DNA of 51,366 nt, filler included, from Jimgerdemannia flammicorona (GCA_003990765.1; 2 parts of 2 records of this genome joined end to end with filler, not necessarily neighbours in it), one strand, 5' to 3'. Positions 35,765 to 48,079 are shown, numbered from the whole stretch's first letter. Notes: generated by a model not told the origin, from the sequence alone. Translations and numbers: made by a program.

Positions 35765-35949
35765 AATGAGAAAATATGTACAGCTCCTTTCTCCACTACC
35801 ATACCAGTCACAAGGTTGGTGGGCAACCTTCCAAGTCCTTTTTCCCTTATTCTTCCCCTACTATCTCAGGTTGGTTTGCTGTGCCTATATAGGTATAGTG
35901 AGAGAGAGACAATGGTGATATGTTGCCCTTTTATCAGTATTGGATCGTG

Positions 35950-37200
35950 ATGGTTGGTGGAGTTGTGGTATCTATAGCCCGGTGCATGTGCTGGGACCCC
36001 CGAGTGGTGCAGTTGATAGTGTTGGACCTCCCGATGGTGTCAAAGGAAAGAACCAGGGAGTTTGTTGTAGAGGTGGTCAAGGAGTATGGTGAGATTGTGG
36101 ATGTTGGGTTCAAGGTCTGGGAGGGCATGGAGCTTAGAACTAGCGATGTTGATATCAGGGTGAGGCTGGCTGGGAAGGAGAATATGGGGAAGTCAAGGGA
36201 CTGGCCAGTGGCACTAAGGTGGGGACTGGTGGAGTATAAGGTCACCAGGATGAAGGGGACTCTGGAGGAGGAGGAGGACCTGTTGGAGGCACTGGAGGAC
36301 CTGGAAGGGGCAGTGGCGAGGAGGAAATTGGCCTGGAAGGAGTTTGAGGCCAGAATGGTGGTTGGGGAGGTGGATGGGAAGAGGGTCTGGATAGAGAACG
36401 GGGCCTGGGAAAAGATGCAGGGGAGGAGGATCCAGAAGGAGCTGTTGGCGAAGTTGGGCAAGGGTGGGGCTAGTGGAAGCTCGGGGGAGGGAGTTGCAGG
36501 GTCACGGGAGAGCGCCTGGGCTGAGGGGGGAGAGATGGCCCAGGGCAGAGTTCGGATTGGCAGTGGGGAGGGGAGGGAGGGCAATTTGGAGGTAGATGCC
36601 GAAATGGGTGAGCGTGTGCACCTGCAGTATAGTGTTCCGGATGGGGCAGAGGGAGAGGAGGAGCTGATGGATGTGCCAGATGAGGAGTGGGATGAGTCGG
36701 TGAGAAGGAACATGCTGGTGGACCCCGAGGTGGATAGAGGACAAATTGCTCAGAGGGCGGCAGAGGCAGTGGATGAGGAGAAGTGGATGTAGAAGACCTT
36801 GGAAGGGGTGGTGGCTGAAGAGCTGGGGGGTGAGGACTTCAGGGTATTGGAGGAGAAGCATTGGGAGGAGATCCTATGGGGGGAGGAGGTGCCGAGGAAG
36901 ATGAGGAATGAGATCCTAGTGGTTCTCCTGGAGTCAGTTGAGTATCAGGTTGATGATCAGAGGGAGGAGGAACTTAGGAGAATTGTGAGTGACAGAGCAT
37001 TGTTCTTGTGGAATTCGAGGAAGGGACTGGAGAAGTGGTGCACTATCTGCTTGGAATACAGGGCTGATATGGAGGAAGTGGACAGAGTGGAATGTCAGGA
37101 AATCTTGGGAGCACTGGATGCTCAGGATGATGCCGAGGGTGAAGTGGAAGCTGAGCAATGCTTGGATCTGGCAGGAGATGAGATGAGCATGGAATTATAG
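35950..37200 (+). pseudogene. LINE D ORF1 (RRM-like + acidic C-terminus)
   Basis: ORFs 35920-36792 and 36799-37200 are in the same frame, separated by one stop. Homologous to LINE B ORF1. Confidence 0.85.
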
Positions 37201-37231
37201 ATTGGGGTCTCTATTGCAACATTTCTTCAAT

Positions 37232-40200
37232 ATGAATAGTACAACTAGGATTTTCTCATTAAACGTTAATGGGCTATGGGGGTCGGCTAGGAGGAAGTAT
37301 ATTTTTGGTTAGCTTAAGGGACTGGATGCAGACCTCTTCTTACTGCAGGATGTTCGTTATGAGGCAGATGTGGACTTACAGGATTAGACTAAGAAATGGG
37401 GGGGCACAGCAGTTTGGAGGGGCAAAGTGTGTATTCTCATTCGGAAAGGGATGGGGGACATTGGGAACATTGGACATTGGGGGTCTCGGGTGGTGTGGGG
37501 AGTGTGGAGGAGGCCTGGATGGGGCCCGCTGATGGTTGGGTCCTGTTACTGCCCAGCTGAGAGAGGGGAGAGAGTGGAATGGATCCGCGGATTGAAGGAG
37601 GCTGGTGTGTTGGGAGAAGTTGGGTTAGACTGTATGGGGGGTGACTTCAATATGGTACGAGATAAGGAGTTGGACAGAACTGATGGAGGGAGAGGCATGC
37701 GGAGTGAAAGTGGTGGGTTGGGTGACTGGTTAGAGATGGAGCGGTTGTGTTCTCTAGTAGACTCAGGAAGACATTTTTGGACTGATCGGCAGATATACAC
37801 CCACTGGGTGGCAGGACTGGGCTCTAGGATTGACTGGGTTCTAATGGCAGAGTGTTGGGGGACAGATGTCTGGTCAGCACTGGAAGTTGTATGGTATCCA
37901 TGGTCTGATCACTGGGGGCTGCTTGGAGGGAGGAGGTTTGGGGGAAATGAGGATGGGTCTGGATACTGGTGACTGAATTCTTCCCTGTTGGAGGATAGGG
38001 TGTTGTGGGAGGGATGGGAATCGGAGGTGGTTGGAAATATAGGCAGGTAGTGGGAACAAGGACTGGAGATTGGGGACTGCTGGAGAAGGCTGAAGGTGAA
38101 GGCTCAGGAGTATTGGAGAGAAGCAGGGAAAGGAAAGTGTGCCCAGCGAAGGCGGCGGGTGCTGTGGGCCTCGCGGTGTCTAGCAGCACTCATGGAGAGG
38201 TGGGCAGGTGTGCTGGAGGATGGAGCCATGACTGATTGATGTATTGCGAGGATCCAGCAGGAGGTAGAGGAGCTCAAAGGGGTACTATGCAGGGAGGAGG
38301 AGGAGTAGTTGCGGGGAATGGTGGCCTGCCTGTGGTGGCAGGGGCTTGAGGAGGGGGAGAGGCCTACCAGATTCTTGTCATGGTTGTTACAAGCACGACA
38401 TGCAAGGCAGTGGTGGGAGGGAGTTTTGGACGAGAATGGCGAGCTGGTGGTGGGGATGCCGGCAATTCTGGACCTACTGTGAACCCGGTGGGGGAATCTT
38501 TGGAGTGAGGAGGATGGGGAATTGGATGCCCTGAACATTGAAAGACAGCTGGGGGATTGGTACCTGGACCCTGCGATGGGACTTGGGGCATTGGGGGACC
38601 CTGTGAGTGGTGAGGAGATTTGCAGGGTAGTGGCCTCAATGAGTAAGGGGACAGCTCTGGGAGAGGATGGGCTCCTCTGGGACTTTTGGCAGAAGATGGC
38701 TGGGGTGGGTGTAGTGCTAGAGAAAATGACTGCTATGTGTGATGGAGTTCTTCAGTCTGGTGCCTGGATTGGGGGACAGCACTTAGGGCTGGTCTCTTTG
38801 CTCTTTAAGGACATGGGAAGGCATGAGAACTGGAAGAACTGGCAGCCGATTATGCTTCTCGATATGGACTGCAAATTGGTGACGAAAATCTTGGTGATGA
38901 GGTTGCAGAGCATCGCCCAGCAAGTTCTTGGTGTGGAGCAATGTGGGTTTGTCGGGGGTCGGTTGATTCGAGATGGGACAGCCTGGGTTCATGGAGTGAT
39001 TGAAGGTGCCCAGGCAACAGGGGTGGATAGCAGATTGGTATTTCTGGACCAAGAGAAGGCTTATGATAGAGTATGGAGATTATGGCTGGAAGGAGTGCTG
39101 AAGTGGATTGGCATCTCACCAGGGGTCCAAAGAGCATTAATCAGCCTCTTGGAGGACAGTCAGGTGGTATTGGTCATCAATGGCCACCGGGGGGTGACCT
39201 TTCCCCTGGGACGCAGGGTACCACAAGGGGACCCCTTGTCACCCATATTGTATGCTCTTTCCCTGGAGCCACTACTGGACAGGATTCAGTGTAAGATTGG
39301 AGGCTTGGACATTTTAGGGGTAAACTGGAAGGTGGGGGCCTTTGCTGATGATATGGTGGTCGGGTTGGGCTCCTTGGGAGATGTGGGAGAGTTACAGAGG
39401 ACTGTGGAATGGTATGAGCAGGGTTCTGGTGCTAAACTTAACTGGCACAAATGCGAGATGCTGGTGCTGGGTGCTGGAATTGTTGGTGGCGATGTTATTG
39501 GAATGGTGGTGCTGGCAGATGAACCAGTGCGCTACTTGGTGATCTACTTCTCAGTATTCGGATCTCTTCTTCCCCAGGCATGGTGGAACCATAAACTTCT
39601 GGAGTGGGGTAATGTTTTGCTGAGATAGGTAGGCCGGCATATGTCCCTGGCCGGAAGGGTGATGGTGTTGAATGTGTACTGGATGCCGAAGCTGTGGTAT
39701 ATTGGATATCATTTGGATTTTCCAACCTGGGTGGTTAAGGAGTTGTTGAAGATGGCGAGGTCATGGATCTGGGGAGGATGGTGAAGCCAGGTTGGTTGGG
39801 AGGTGCTCACACTACCCTTGGAAAGAGGTGGGCTGGGCTTAGTAGACTTTACTAAGCAACTTCTATGTCTGAGGGCCTGGTGGCTGCAAAGGGCGAGCGA
39901 GCTCAGGGGGAAGGAGTGGGTGTCCCTCATGCAGAGGTTGTGGGAGGTTCGGTACTCCCCACGTGGTGGCTCCAGGGATCTGCTTGCGATGGTGGCCATA
40001 GAAGGGAGCAGGAAGATGCAGTTTACAGGCTTCTGGTGAGGGGTAGTGGATGGTGCTAAGAAGATTGGACTTCAGTGGTGAGGTGATGAAGCCGAGGAGG
40101 ATTGGAGACCGTGGATGTGGCAGTGGGACAGGCTTCTATTGGGTGGGGTCCTGGTGGAGGACCTTCAGCTTGGTGAGGGTCTGGAGTGTCTGCGGGGCCT

Positions 40201-40771
40201 TGGTGGGGACCTGTGGCCAGAAGCCTGGCAGGGGGTTGGAATTGGGGAGGAGTGGGATTGGAATGAACTCTGGCTTTGGAGCAAATGGGTGTGGCAGTGG
40301 CTCCCCCCCAAGTTCTGGGTGGTGTGGTGGTGGGTCCTATGGCGGAATGTGATGTTGAACTATCAGTCTGGACATTTGGTGGATGGTTGGGTATTTGAGT
40401 GTGAGGATTGTTTCAATGTTGGTCAGAAGGGAGGAGTGATACAAACGCCTGAACATTGGCTTGGTGAATGCGAGGTTTTGGGGGAGTTTTGGAGAGGTGT
40501 TATAGACAGGGTAGGGCTGGGGGCCAGGGAGAGAGAGGAAGGGGGGAGGTGGAGAGAGCTCCACCGGCATCTGGTGGTTGGAGTTAGGAATGAATGGCTG
40601 ACCCTTAGTTGGGCTTTGGCTATGTGGGTTGGATTGGCAGAGCACTGGGTTTATGTATTTGAGGAAGGGTGCTGGGTCGGGGTTGGTGACAAGATGGCTA
40701 GGTGGGAATGGTTGATGTTGGATATTTTGAATAGTTGTTGGCAGGGTTGGGGGATGAGTGGGGGGTACTGA
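37232..40771 (+). pseudogene. LINE D ORF2 (APE + RT + C-terminal zinc finger)
   Basis: MNSTTRIFSLNVNGL, GGDFN, SRIDW, WSDH, FLDQEKAYDRV, VPQGDPLSPILY, AFADDMVV, CEDC..TPEHWLGEC. A few in-frame stops. Confidence 0.95.
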
Positions 40772-40990
40772 AGGGGTCTGGTGCAGCGTATCACCCAGAA
40801 GAGTGGTGGGAGGGTTCGGGTAGTGGGTAATTGGGTGGTGCTCGGGCAGGGAGAGGATGAGAGGGAGGGTTTGGGCCCCCAGGGCATTGGTTGAGGACAG
40901 GGGTGATATTGTATTGTATACATTATAGACTTCGGTAATAAAGGGCAGTCCAAGAGACTTTAAAATAAAATAAAATAAAATAAAATAAAA

Positions 40991-41124
40991 TAAACATACT
41001 ATTTCTGATATCTCTGGCTAAATATACAAGTTGGCACAGTAAAGCTGTCTCAGCTACTTAGTATACTAGATATGGTATATGGCTAATTTATAAATTTGGT
41101 GGTACAATTCTATTGCTCATCATA
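40991..41124 (-). repeat. Remnant of the Gypsy-2 3' LTR, cut by LINE D
   Basis: TAAACATACTATTTCTGATATC...TGCTCATCATA matches the end of the 5' LTR at 49717-49849. Confidence 0.88.
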
Positions 41125-41659
41125 TTAGCCCCCACAAAAGGATGGTTTGTCTTCAGACAATCCTTTGTCATCATTCCAATATACATAAGCATCTTCAGTA
41201 TCAATACCTGAACCAATATCTTCATTTGGATCAGAGTTACTCTATTTGACAGATTTTTCCTCTTCCTCTGGAAACAGGATCTCAACATGGTTGATAATGC
41301 TCTAGTAGGTGGCAGGATTCATGTTTTGAATATCATTTAGGAGAAATTGTACCTATATCAGTACTGTGACATTTCATTTGTAGATTGTGTATAATCTGTC
41401 TGCAGTAGTGGTATTTTTCCAGATGAGGCCAGTAGAGTTTCTGATGTAGGTCAGGTCTGCTACTGGCTAGTTCTGCAACTGTTCTCCAATTGCATAGTAG
41501 GCCTGTAGCTGGTGGACTTGTAGTAAACATCTGGCCAAGATGAGGTTCTCTTGATGGGTCTGAATTCACTAAAGGGGGTTTTCATTGGCTTGTTGAAATT
41601 GTGGAAGGGGAGCTGGCAGTGATTGGAATGAACTCAAAATAAGAGTTTAGAGGTGCTGG

Positions 41660-44150
41660 TCAATTGTCTGATTCATGATGGGAGAGATATATCTTGAGGC
41701 AGTTGATGTATACTGGTGTTCTGAGGGTCCATCTATCCATGCTTCTTAAATAGATACTGTTTCTTCTAATGTTATATATAAGATAAGATCCTTCCCATTT
41801 GGGCTCCAGTTTGGTAGCAAAATTTGTTTTAATCATGCTTCTCCAAACTAGTACTTGATCTTCAATCTTGATCTCCTGATCCTTCTGCTTTTGGTCATAG
41901 TATTTCTTTTGTCTTTCTTGAGCTTTAATAATCTGAACTTGAGCCTGATTATATAACTGTTTTGTCTTCTTGAGGAGGTCCCCTAGATGCTTATGATCAG
42001 CAGTTCTGGTTCTCTTGGTAAACACTATTTTGAATGGCTTTTGTTTGGTAGAGGCAGTAGGGGTGTTCCAAATTTCCCATAGGATCTCAGATAAGCAGAG
42101 GTCCCAGTTGGTAGGATTGACTAGGGCAAGTTCTTTCTTGATGGTCTGATTCATTCTTTCTATTATACCATTGGTCTGGGGGTAATATGGTGTGGTCTGT
42201 TTGAGGTGGATCTTGTGAATTTGGATATAACTTGTGATTATATTGTTGATGAATTCTGTGCCTCCATTAGAGATGAGTTCTTCTAGGGGTCTATATCTGA
42301 GAGTGAGTTTATAGAGAAGGCCTACAATGGTTAAGGCATCTGTGATTTCTATTGAGAAAGCCTCATGTCACTTAGTCAGATTTTCTAAAAATATAAAAAT
42401 ATATATATTTCTTCTTAGTGTAACTGGTAAAGGTCTAATTATATCTACTCTCCATTTCTGGAAGATATTGTCAGATGGAACAATTTGATGTAGTTGTGCT
42501 TGGTAGTTCTTTCTTCTTTAGTACTTCTGATAGGTATTATACTACTTGAGTATATCTCAGACTTATGTTCTGAGATTGGGCCAAAGTTGGTGTATTGTTT
42601 ATAACTTTTCTTCTATGTTTACCTGTCCTTGATGGGCTTTCTGATGTTCTTTCCAGATGAGGTCTTCTTGTGCCTTAATGATCTGAGATGCTTCCTTTAG
42701 GGTGTAGTTCCTCAGAACACCCTTCTTCCAGTATATTGGGGTTGGTGGGAAAGTATATCAACATTGTTGTGAGCTTTTCCTGCTTTGTAGATGATAGTGA
42801 TTTTGTAATTCTGGAGGATGAGAATCCAGTGGACTAGAATTCCAGTAGGTTCTTTATGATTGAATAGCCATTTGAGAGCTACATGGTCAGTTATCAGAGT
42901 GAACCTTTTTTCAATAAGATAATGCTTGAACAGAGTCACTGCCTATATGACTGCAAGGCATTTCAATTTGGTACTGCCATAGTTCATCTGCTGCTGATTG
43001 GTAGCTCAGCTTATATAAGCTACTACATAGTGCTATTGGTCAGATCCTTCTTGGGCCAGAACTGCTCCAAGGCCATCTTTGGAAGCATCTGTGTATAAGA
43101 TGAATGGCTTCTGTAGATTGGAGCATACAAGGATTGGTGCTGTGGTCATACAGTTCTTAAGTTCTTTGAAGGCTCTTTCTTGTGATTCCATCCATTTGTA
43201 AGGCACTTCTTTCTTGAGAAGAACTCGGATTGGGGCTGCAATTTGGGCAAAGTCCTTGATGAACCTTCTGTAGTAGGATACTAGTATTAGAAAGTATAGT
43301 GTTTCCTTTGGGGCCTTGGGTACTGGCCAGTTTTTGATCTTCTCAGTTTTCTTTAGATCTGCATAGGTTCCTTCTTTTGAAACTATAAATCTAAGGAATT
43401 CAAGTTTCTGTTTCCCAAAGTAATATTTCTTGGCATTGAGTCTCAGGTGTTTCTTACAGGTGAGTCTGAAGGATTCTTCTAGGTGATGTAGGTATACCTC
43501 AAAATTTGCTGAATAGATGTTGGAATTGTCTATGTATATAATCAGACAGGAAAAGATCAGGAGGGTATAGGCTGAATTCATCATCCTCTGAAAGGTGGGG
43601 GGTGTATTGCAAAGTCCAAAGAGCATTCAGAGGTATTCAACCAGTTTTCCTAGGGCAAGGAAGGCTGTCTTCTGAATGTCTTTTGAGTCCATAGGGATCT
43701 CATGGAATCCTATGAAAAGGTCCATACTGCTGAAGTATCTGGTATCTTGCAACTGGTCTAAGAGGTCATTGATTCTGGGCAAAGGATAGATATCCTTTTT
43801 GGTAACTGAATTGAGTTTCTTGTAATCTATATAGAGTTTTCATCCTCCTTTCTTTGGTACAATAAGTATAGGACTGGCCCAGGGACTAGTTGAGGGTTGG
43901 ATGACTCCATTGTCTAAGAGTTCTTGAATGTGCTCCTTTTCAAATATCTTTAAGTGATGGGGTATTCTATAGAGTTTCTGCCAGATGGGTGTTGCATTTC
44001 CTGTATTTATGCTGTGGTGATATGATGGATTGTAAGGCAGGTTGCCATTGTCTATAGTGAAGATATCTTGATATTTGTTGAGGAGTTCTACTAGTTGTTG
44101 CCATTGCTGAGGTGTCAATTCTTCTCCAATGTTGGTGGAAGGCTTCACTG
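41660..44150 (-). pseudogene. Gypsy-2 RT, RNase H and integrase
   Basis: PSTSPWASPILIVPKK, MLFGLCNTPPTFQ, IYIDNSNI (YIDD decayed), LYTDASKDGLGAVL, LITDHVALKW, TTPYYPQTNG, QERQKKYYD..KLEPKWEGSY. Confidence 0.95.
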
Positions 44151-44557
44151 TCTACTGGGTCACAGAGGGGCCTTTTCTTTCTTCTGGAACCTTTTGCCAT
44201 TTTCTGATAAGTTTAGTTTATATACTTCTCTATAACTTCTGTTAAGAAAAGGCACCAGATGTCCTATGATGGTTCCTTTTGGCAAGATGATGGTTTCCCA
44301 ACTTTGGATGGTTGCTCAGGAGTGCACTGGATTCATCTTGTTGGGGAATGTGTGTCCTTCAATGTCCAGATGTGGGATATCTTCATTGGGTTCAAAGAAG
44401 AGGTCTCTGGGGTTGGGTGGTGCAAAGATTTCGAAGGTGGTTTGCTCTCTAGGCTCCAGGATGAGATTCTTGTACAGTTTGACTGGTTGGCAGTATACTT
44501 GCTAGGGAACATTCCTCTTAAGGAGATTGACCTGATGGAGGTGAACTTTCTTCTTGT

Positions 44558-44965
44558 CTGAGCTTTCAAATCCTTTGGCTTGCCTTGTTCCTTCAGTCAA
44601 TTTGAAGACTTTTTGTAATTGTGGGGTTTTGATCATCATGAAGACTTCTTGGGAAATCTTCTGTCCTCTTATGATTTAGTGCCATTCTGTACTGCTGTTG
44701 TGCAGGATGACCTTGATTTCACCTGTATATCCTGGGTCAATAGTTCCTCCTTCTATGGTTATTCCTTGTCTGGCAAGTCCAGACCTTGAGGTCAGTTGAA
44801 TGTAAGTTTTGGGGTGGCTGCACATGGCTAGTCCAGTTCTGATTATGAATGTTCTTCCAGGCTTGATGGATTCATCCTCCAGACTGTGAAGATCATATTC
44901 TACATCTTCTCAGTGAGCTTTGGTCAGGGGCTTTACCTAGGGATGTAGCAGGGCATACTGGGCAA
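44558..44965 (-). pseudogene. dut: Trimeric dUTPase domain within Gypsy-2 pol
   Basis: Manual translation: DVEYDL (I), LTSRSGLARQG (II), GGTIDPGYTGEIKV (III), GQKISQ (IV), TRQAKGFESS (V). The sister copy at 51300-51335 reads FGSSG. Not listed in the ORF track because of stops. Confidence 0.92.
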
Positions 44966-46229
44966 CAACCTTGCTGAGTTTGGGCTGTCCTTGGGCTGAA
45001 GCTCCACTAGCAGAGAGTCTCCAGACTCTGAGGTTGAGGTGTGGCCATCTGGCTTCTATAGAGGGGTCTCAGAGGTAGTTGATTCCTCTTTCTCCTATAG
45101 GGTCTAGGGTTTCATGAAGTTGATAGCATCTTCTACCCAACCTTGGTAGGTTGTATGTCTGATGAGAGCTAGGATGTTTTCTCCTAAATCATTGATCTTG
45201 AGACCTTCTTCCTGTCTTCTTGGTCTGGCTTTTTCAGATCTAGCTTCTGTTAACTTCTGTAAATTGAAACATCATGACTGAGGTGAATCTTCTGATGTCT
45301 ACAGTCTCAGCAGTCTGGATGTCTTCCATGGTTACAATATCCCATTGCTTGGAAATGCTGTTCCCAGTTGTTGATCTCTTATTGTCTCAGGAATTGGTAT
45401 CCAACTTGGTCATAAGTTGGGGGGAAGAGTGGATAAGGGGTATACTTCTGTTCAATTGAAGAGACCTTGTTCTCTAAATCGACTTTGCAACTTGGTATAA
45501 CTTTTTGGAAGGTAGTTGACTGTGCAACTATAGTTGGGGGTTCTGGTATTTGGGCTCTCTATCTTTCCTGCTGATCTAGTAGGTGACACTGATAGCAGTA
45601 GTCTTGGGGAGAGTGGAAGACCATTTGGTGTAGACATCTTCCTAGCCAAAAAACTCATTTCTTGGTAAGTTTCTTTCTTGGAAATAATGGAGATTATGCT
45701 GAGTCCTTCTTCTATATTCCAGGGGTCATTATCTTCAGGTGGTGTCCAGTGAGGGTCATCCCAGGGAATGAGTTCAGGGACTTCTTCTCCTTTGGGTACT
45801 TCTTGTTCAGGAACCTCCTGTTTGTGAGTTTCTTCTTCCTCTGATGACTCTTGACCCCAGATTGCTTCTACTTCTGCAGCTTCAGCTGTAGGTATCTCTG
45901 GAATATGTCTATATTTCTTCTTCTTCTTTCTGCACTCAGGAATTTCTTGTCTCAATGATCTTGGAGGAGTGTTCAGGGCACTTATGTCTCTTGAGGCAGG
46001 TAGGGCATCCTTTCATTTCTCCTGCAATTGCTCCAATAGTAATAGGGATAGTGTTCTTGGCCCACACATTGTCTTCTGGCCTGTAATCCACCAGATTGAT
46101 TTGGGGATTGAGTCTGGAATCATTTTCATCTTCGGATTCCTCTTCCTCTTCTATGGTAGATTCTTTACTGCTGGCATATTCTTCCTAGATAGGGACCTTC
46201 TTCTTTGATTGCTCATAGCTGGTCACCTT

Positions 46230-46600
46230 AACTCTGTACTTCTTGCCTCAGTAGGTAAACTTGAGTACTTGTTGACTGATATCAACAACTGCATTCATTT
46301 TCTTCATCCAGTTAGTACCAAGGATCATGTCATAGATGATAGCTTTAGTGACAACAGCTTTTGGGATGGAGAACTAAATATGTCCAAGAGAGATAATAAT
46401 GTTTCATATTTCTCTAAAGGGTTGAGTTTGGGCTCTATCTGCTACTATGATGCTGAGATTGAATAGTCCATCTATGGTCCAATAGAGGGTGTCCAGGAAT
46501 TGTTTAGCAATGATACAGACAGCTGCTTCTGTATCTTTAAAGATTTTTGCCTTTTGTCCTTCAATATCTCCATATAGGTAGATGCTGATATGTCTCTCTA
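46230..46600 (-). pseudogene. Gypsy-2 aspartic protease
   Basis: IYLYGDIEGQKAKIFKDTEAAVCII (DTGA decayed), flap IIVAD, and downstream DMILGTNW. Confidence 0.85.
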
Positions 46601-47099
46601 CAGCTTGGATAGATGTAGGAGCTGGCTCTTGCTGTGGGATGGGGACTTGGCCATTGCTAGACCTTGTGGTCCTCAGCAATTTATTTCAGACTCCAGCTAG
46701 TATCAGTTGCAGGAATTGCAGGAGAGAGACTTCTATCCTGGCTTCTTGGATCTTCTGCCAGACTTTATTGTAGATATCTCTGGGCATGGTCTTTGGGGCA
46801 TACTTCTTCTTGGGCTTTGGGACAGCAGGTTCCCATTCTTCTTGTTCCATTTTTTCATCCTCTAGTGGCAACTCATTTGTCTTAGAGACAAAAGATAGAG
46901 AAGTCTGAGGAGGTGTTTCTACTTGTTCCTCTTCATATTCTTCGTCTTCTTCTTGGACAATCCTTCTGCTGCCTTCCTATAGGTCTCTTTCTTTTCTCTG
47001 CTGGGTAAACTGTCTTTGGGTCATGACTTTGGCTGGGTACAAGTCCAGGTTACTATTGTCTTCACTGTTACTTCCTTCCCCAAAATCTTTGACAGGATG

Positions 47100-48079
47100 G
47101 GCTTCAGTCTTCTTGTACTGGGTGTCATTCCTTCAATTTAGTAGTTCTGAGTCCCTTCAGTCACTTCTTTTGTTATCACATTCAGTAGCATAGTGTCCAA
47201 ATTGTCTACAGTAGAAGTATTGGACTTGGGTTCTATCTTTGACAGGATATCTTCTTTCTTCTTATTGGTAGTTCTTATTATCTCTTAGTGAATAACTTTG
47301 GCTCCTTTGTGGTGATTATCCTCTGTTGTCTTGATAACTCTGATTTTCACATATGGGAAGCTTTTCAATCTGTCCAACCAATCAGTCTAACTTAGAGCTG
47401 AGATCTTAGATTTTGCTCCTGTCATTCTTTCCTTCTTTGGCTGGCCTTCTTTCTTTGGATCTCTCTTGTGCTTGAAGGAGTCCTTGTAGAGTGTTGACCA
47501 GGATATCTTCTTTATCACCCTTCTTATCATAGTCACTCCAGGTAGTTCCTTATCTGACATCAAAAAATCCTTATGCTGTATCTACTTACTCTTTAGACCT
47601 TCTGATGCCTAAAGTGTGGATATACTGGGCAATGTTTGGGGAAATTCCATTTATGAAGATCATTGGATCTATGATGTCTTGGTTGATGGCATTGAACCTG
47701 GCTATATGCAATCTCTTCTGGATTCTTGTGCAAAATTCTCTAGGCAATTCTCCAAGGTTCATCTTCATCCCCATAATGGATTCTTAGCCTTGTGATGGGT
47801 TTCATTTCCTGCATATTTTTCAATGAGCCAGTGGGTCATAGCTATATATTCTAGCTAATAGGATGCTGCTTCATATATTTCTGTTGCCAGTTCTGAATTT
47901 GGATTATGTGCTGTTCAGTGGAAAATTCCTGTGACTGGTCCTCTGAGCTGGGCCTTATAGAGAGTGATTTTTCTTTCATCTGAGAAATTCCTCATGGCTG
48001 CAATTCCTTCAATTCAATTAAGGAATTTGCTGGGGTCTTCCTCCAGATATCCTGCAAAGGTTGGCAATGAGGTGGCCAT
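47100..48079 (-). pseudogene. Gypsy-2 gag with CCHC knuckle
   Basis: MATSLPTFAGYLEEDP.. near 48079, MIFINGISPNI, and YFYCRQFGHYATEC near 47179-47220 (first Cys decayed). Confidence 0.8.

Larger units (their letters stand above)
35945..40990 (+). mobile_element. LINE D (L1/Tx1-like), 5'-truncated in ORF1; least decayed copy
   Basis: ORF1 ~35950-37200, ORF2 37232-40771, short 3'UTR and a (TAAAA)6 tail at 40961-40990. No TSD found; the 5' boundary is approximate. Confidence 0.93.
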
